Below, piece by piece: positions 49,555-52,398 of a stretch of 52,398 bases of DNA; the first letter of the stretch is position 1, and the number at the start of each line of letters is the position of its first letter. This stretch comes from Promethearchaeota archaeon (GTDB lineage: Archaea > Asgardarchaeota > Lokiarchaeia > Sigyniarchaeales > SOKP01). Made by a program: the position numbers and the translations under genes. The notes beneath the pieces are model-generated. The model was not told the origin of the DNA. It made no database searches and saw nothing but the letters and a program-made list of their open reading frames with translations. The DNA lies in the NCBI GenBank assembly GCA_019057865.1, contig JAHLWP010000032.1:1-52398 (forward strand), read 5' to 3'.

Positions 49555-49911
49555 TTATGGATTTAAAAATTGTTGTAATGCATTATACAAACTTTTATTT
49601 TTTGCTTTCACATCTGCTGCTATTTCAGCTAAATATTGCTCAGCATCTCCCCCCGAAATTTCGTCTGGAATAGAGCTAACATGATAATAGTCATCGTTAT
49701 GCATAATAATTTTTATTACCTTGAATGTTCGATGTCTTACAAGCTCAATATTTCTAACCTCATCTCTATTGATTTCAAATGAACTTTTTTTACCTTTAAG
49801 GAGGATTTTATCTGCATTAGTAGTTAGCGTACCTTTGTCCCAATACTTACGTGAAATTGAAGCAATTCCTTTTATTTTTCCTTTACCAAAATTAACATCA
49901 CGCTTTATCAA
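49555..49911 (-). CDS. Hypothetical protein, possible PH-like fold
   Basis: GTLTTNADKILLK...FEINRDEVRNIE; SD AAGGTGA before the TTG. Confidence 0.6.
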   Translation of the reverse strand: MIKRDVNFGKGKIKGIASISRKYWDKGTLTTNADKILLKGKKSSFEINRDEVRNIELVRHRTFKVIKIIMHNDDYYHVSSIPDEISGGDAEQYLAEIAADVKAKNKSLYNALQQFLNP

Positions 49912-50185
49912 GATCTATCACCTTATAGGGGAAAATCAACATAGAAATTATTTTTTGAATTTCCCTTATTAAGATATAATAGTTAATTAATTCAAAAAAC
50001 CTTATAAATACACATCATTTTCAAATTCTGCTTTTAAGAGTAATGATTATAATTTAATTATTAGAATAAATACAATTCCAACTAATATTAAGAAACCTGA
50101 ATAAGATAATATTTAAATGAATTCAGTAATAATCAGATATTCTCTATAATTGAATATTTTCTGTAGAATTATATATTTTGTGTAG

Positions 50186-50488
50186 ATGAAAAGTACAGGA
50201 CATACCAAAATTGAAGGAAGAATCGTAGATGTACGAACTGGAGAACGGAAGATAAGCCGTAGCTATACGTACGGGTACATGTCTTTACGAGTGTTAGTAG
50301 AGTCCGAGTATTATTCTGTGCTGGTGAGTACTTCGAAACTTAACCAGTACGGGTTCATACCGAAAGTGGGGCAATGGATTCGAGTAGAAGGACGTCTTTC
50401 ACGCAACCAAGATGAGTTTTACGACCCTTCCTTATCTCATATAACTCTTCTTGAACATATCGAGCAGCCAAAAAGAAAAATTGAATAA
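50186..50488 (+). CDS. OB-fold nucleic-acid-binding protein
   Basis: KIEGRIVD...PKVGQWIRVEGRL. Confidence 0.65.
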   Translation: MKSTGHTKIEGRIVDVRTGERKISRSYTYGYMSLRVLVESEYYSVLVSTSKLNQYGFIPKVGQWIRVEGRLSRNQDEFYDPSLSHITLLEHIEQPKRKIE

Positions 50489-50648
50489 ACTCTTGAAATT
50501 TGAGATTTTTCAAACTCTATTGGGGTTTTAAATGTCATCTTAGTTAAGATAATTTAAATAGACTTTAATCATAATATTTATAATTTTTTTAATATATTTG
50601 TGATTGTACTTATTATAATTAAAAAATAAACAACTAGAGGGAGAATTA

Positions 50649-51212
50649 ATGGTTAAAGAACATTTAAAAGTTGAGAATGCTGCAATAAAATTAGGCTTTA
50701 TGAACTTTCCTTTAACGGTTTTATATGGGAAACCTAAATCATTTAGACATAGAACGTCGGGCTTAGATAAAACTCTTGAGTTTGTTGGGTTATATGGATC
50801 TACTTCAGGATTTATTACAGATACTGCAAGGGTTATAATTTGGATGTTAGAATTAAAGTATCAACTTAAGCCCGAAAAGCTGAAAAACATCAATAAACCT
50901 TCTGAAAAACCTCGGTTTTTCTTTGGGTATGGTATTGAGAAGAAAGTACATAAGTATTATATTCTTGCTCCTACAAAAAAATTATACATTGAACTCAATA
51001 ATAGAGCGGGATTTACCATGAAAAAGCACGGATTTCAGTTAAAAATCTATTCTTCAGAAGAAGAGCATAAGTATAACATTGCGGAATTTATTAATGAAGC
51101 ATATGGTGGAATTCTTAATCATGTTGATAATTGGGAACATATAGAAGAATATTTTAATGTGAACTCTGAGGAATGTATTAGAAATTGGAATTCAATCTTA
51201 GAAAAGTCTTAA
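50649..51212 (+). CDS. Hypothetical protein
   Basis: 187-aa ORF with GAGG upstream. Confidence 0.65.
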   Translation: MVKEHLKVENAAIKLGFMNFPLTVLYGKPKSFRHRTSGLDKTLEFVGLYGSTSGFITDTARVIIWMLELKYQLKPEKLKNINKPSEKPRFFFGYGIEKKVHKYYILAPTKKLYIELNNRAGFTMKKHGFQLKIYSSEEEHKYNIAEFINEAYGGILNHVDNWEHIEEYFNVNSEECIRNWNSILEKS

Positions 51213-51292
51213 AAATAAAATATTTTTTTTTTCGAGACTGATCGGAGTTTTAAATACTTATAGATATAGTATAGCTTATAAAAAAGTGAAAT

Positions 51293-51386
51293 TATGGTGA
51301 GATTGCTTCTTGGGATATTACCTTTTTTTAACGAGCAACCTTGTTGTCCCAGACAAAGTTCTTGAAGAATATCCCCTCTCACCATA
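51293..51386. other. Long intergenic imperfect hairpin (candidate structured RNA)
   Basis: TATGGTGAGA(51293)/TCTCACCATA(51377) and GGGATATT(51312)/AATATCCC(51368) nested inverted repeats. Confidence 0.55.
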
Positions 51387-51589
51387 GTTTGTCCTTATAA
51401 AAAAAAGTTCTAAACTGAAATAAATTTTAAAAAAGGCTATCAATATAGGAATATTCAACAAATAGTGAATACAAGGTTACCAGAGTTGTTTAGCAACAAT
51501 CCCTTCTATTAGCAATTAATGGACTCCCGTTAATTAATCAATCATCTTTGAGATGAATACATTAAATACCTAAAAATTAAAATGCGAAA

Positions 51590-52339
51590 ATGAGAATGTC
51601 AAATATAGGTGTTAGAAAAGAATTCCATGAAAGTGGGAAATATTTTCGAGTTGCTGCAATTTTAACGATTGTAAGCATCACCGCAGGAATAGCTGGTTTT
51701 ATAGCAATGATTTTTGTTTTCATTGCAATGGGGTGCCTTAAAAGGGCAAATTACACTTTAGATAACTCATCGTTACATGAATTTCGCTCAAAATACATCA
51801 GAGGATTTATATCAAGAATATGTGGTATGGTCGTCTTGATCACCGGAGTTGTTAACCTTGTTTTCTTTTTCTTTTTCTCAACCTCATTCCCTTTCTATAT
51901 CTCGCTCTATTTACCTATAATTCTTATGATATCGGGGTTAGTGTTAATATACGTAGGTGTGGCAGCTGAAATGAAAGCGTGGAAAAATCTGAAAATATTT
52001 TTTGAGAATAATTTTAAGATGTTTCCAGCTGATATATCTGAAGAGGCAATTAAGGGGTGCGATAAACTAAAAACAGGTACGCTCTTAAGCTCATTATGGT
52101 TTTTAATCATCCCGGCAATCATCGGCTTTATCTATCAAGTGAAAGGATATTTTATGCTCGCAACATTAAACAAATTGTCGACTTATGACGCTCCAGAATC
52201 TACAGAACTGCAAGCTTCCTTACCTAAACCTCAACCAGTAAACAACCTTGAACGAAAAATCAAATTTTGCCCAAATTGTGGAGCAAAATTATCTGCATTA
52301 GGAAAATTTTGTGCTTTATGCGGTTCAGAAATTAGCTAA
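51590..52339 (+). CDS. Membrane protein (DUF973/DUF996-like) with C-terminal zinc ribbon
   Basis: 4-5 hydrophobic segments; CPNC-x10-CALC. Confidence 0.75.
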   Translation: MRMSNIGVRKEFHESGKYFRVAAILTIVSITAGIAGFIAMIFVFIAMGCLKRANYTLDNSSLHEFRSKYIRGFISRICGMVVLITGVVNLVFFFFFSTSFPFYISLYLPIILMISGLVLIYVGVAAEMKAWKNLKIFFENNFKMFPADISEEAIKGCDKLKTGTLLSSLWFLIIPAIIGFIYQVKGYFMLATLNKLSTYDAPESTELQASLPKPQPVNNLERKIKFCPNCGAKLSALGKFCALCGSEIS

Positions 52340-52398
52340 ATTTTTTTTTTTAATTTAGTATTTAAGTATTTATTTTTTTTTAATGTTTTTCCAATGAT

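Noticed and set aside
51292-51385. ~30-codon minus-strand ORF over the hairpin
   Set aside because: Too short and better explained by the inverted-repeat structure.
153-52122. Short ORFs antisense to or nested in longer genes (e.g. 153-395, 804-1037, 3856-4050, 7281-7526, 8833-9075, 12203-12508, 15028-15303, 18597-18980, 22755-23060, 33298-33528, 39331-39891, 45447-45641, 51907-52122)
   Set aside because: Shadow frames of well-supported genes, with no motifs.

Overview
AT-rich (~28-30% GC by eye) archaeal DNA, most likely Asgard (Lokiarchaeia/Promethearchaeota). This is inferred from a longin protein, a Loki-CTERM-like sorting tail, AfpA, PAC2, a two-gene SufCB (SMS) system, wHTH-TPR proteins and many zinc-ribbon tails. 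Bases 1-14.9 kb look like an accessory island. It holds three different HerA/FtsK-superfamily ATPases, several membrane proteins and a 5'-truncated NUMOD3-repeat protein with a KDYxGID-repeat tail. Nested in it is the best candidate for an undescribed system: a wHTH-TPR gene divergent from an operon of a Regnase-like NYN/PIN RNase and a PD-(D/E)xK nuclease-HAS barrel-HerA ATPase fusion, with operator-like repeats between them (putative antiviral defence module). A complete IS630 (-1 frameshift, TA duplication) closes the island. The rest is mostly housekeeping: afpA, polyferredoxin, PAC2, sufCB, acyl-CoA ligases, gatC, dut, thiolase, purE, rpiA and an S8 protease. A second accessory block (~26-34.5 kb) lies between a MoxR ATPase and a VWA gene; it carries a TFIIB-like/2xHNH/wHTH protein and a beta-helix-TM-ABC ATPase fusion. 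Several features are missing from the ORF track: an ATT-initiated polyferredoxin, a dodecin broken by a 31-nt hairpin insertion, a decayed VWA paralog, two small ORFs and an intergenic hairpin. No rRNA, tRNA or CRISPR array was seen. All family assignments are from motifs read by eye, not database searches.
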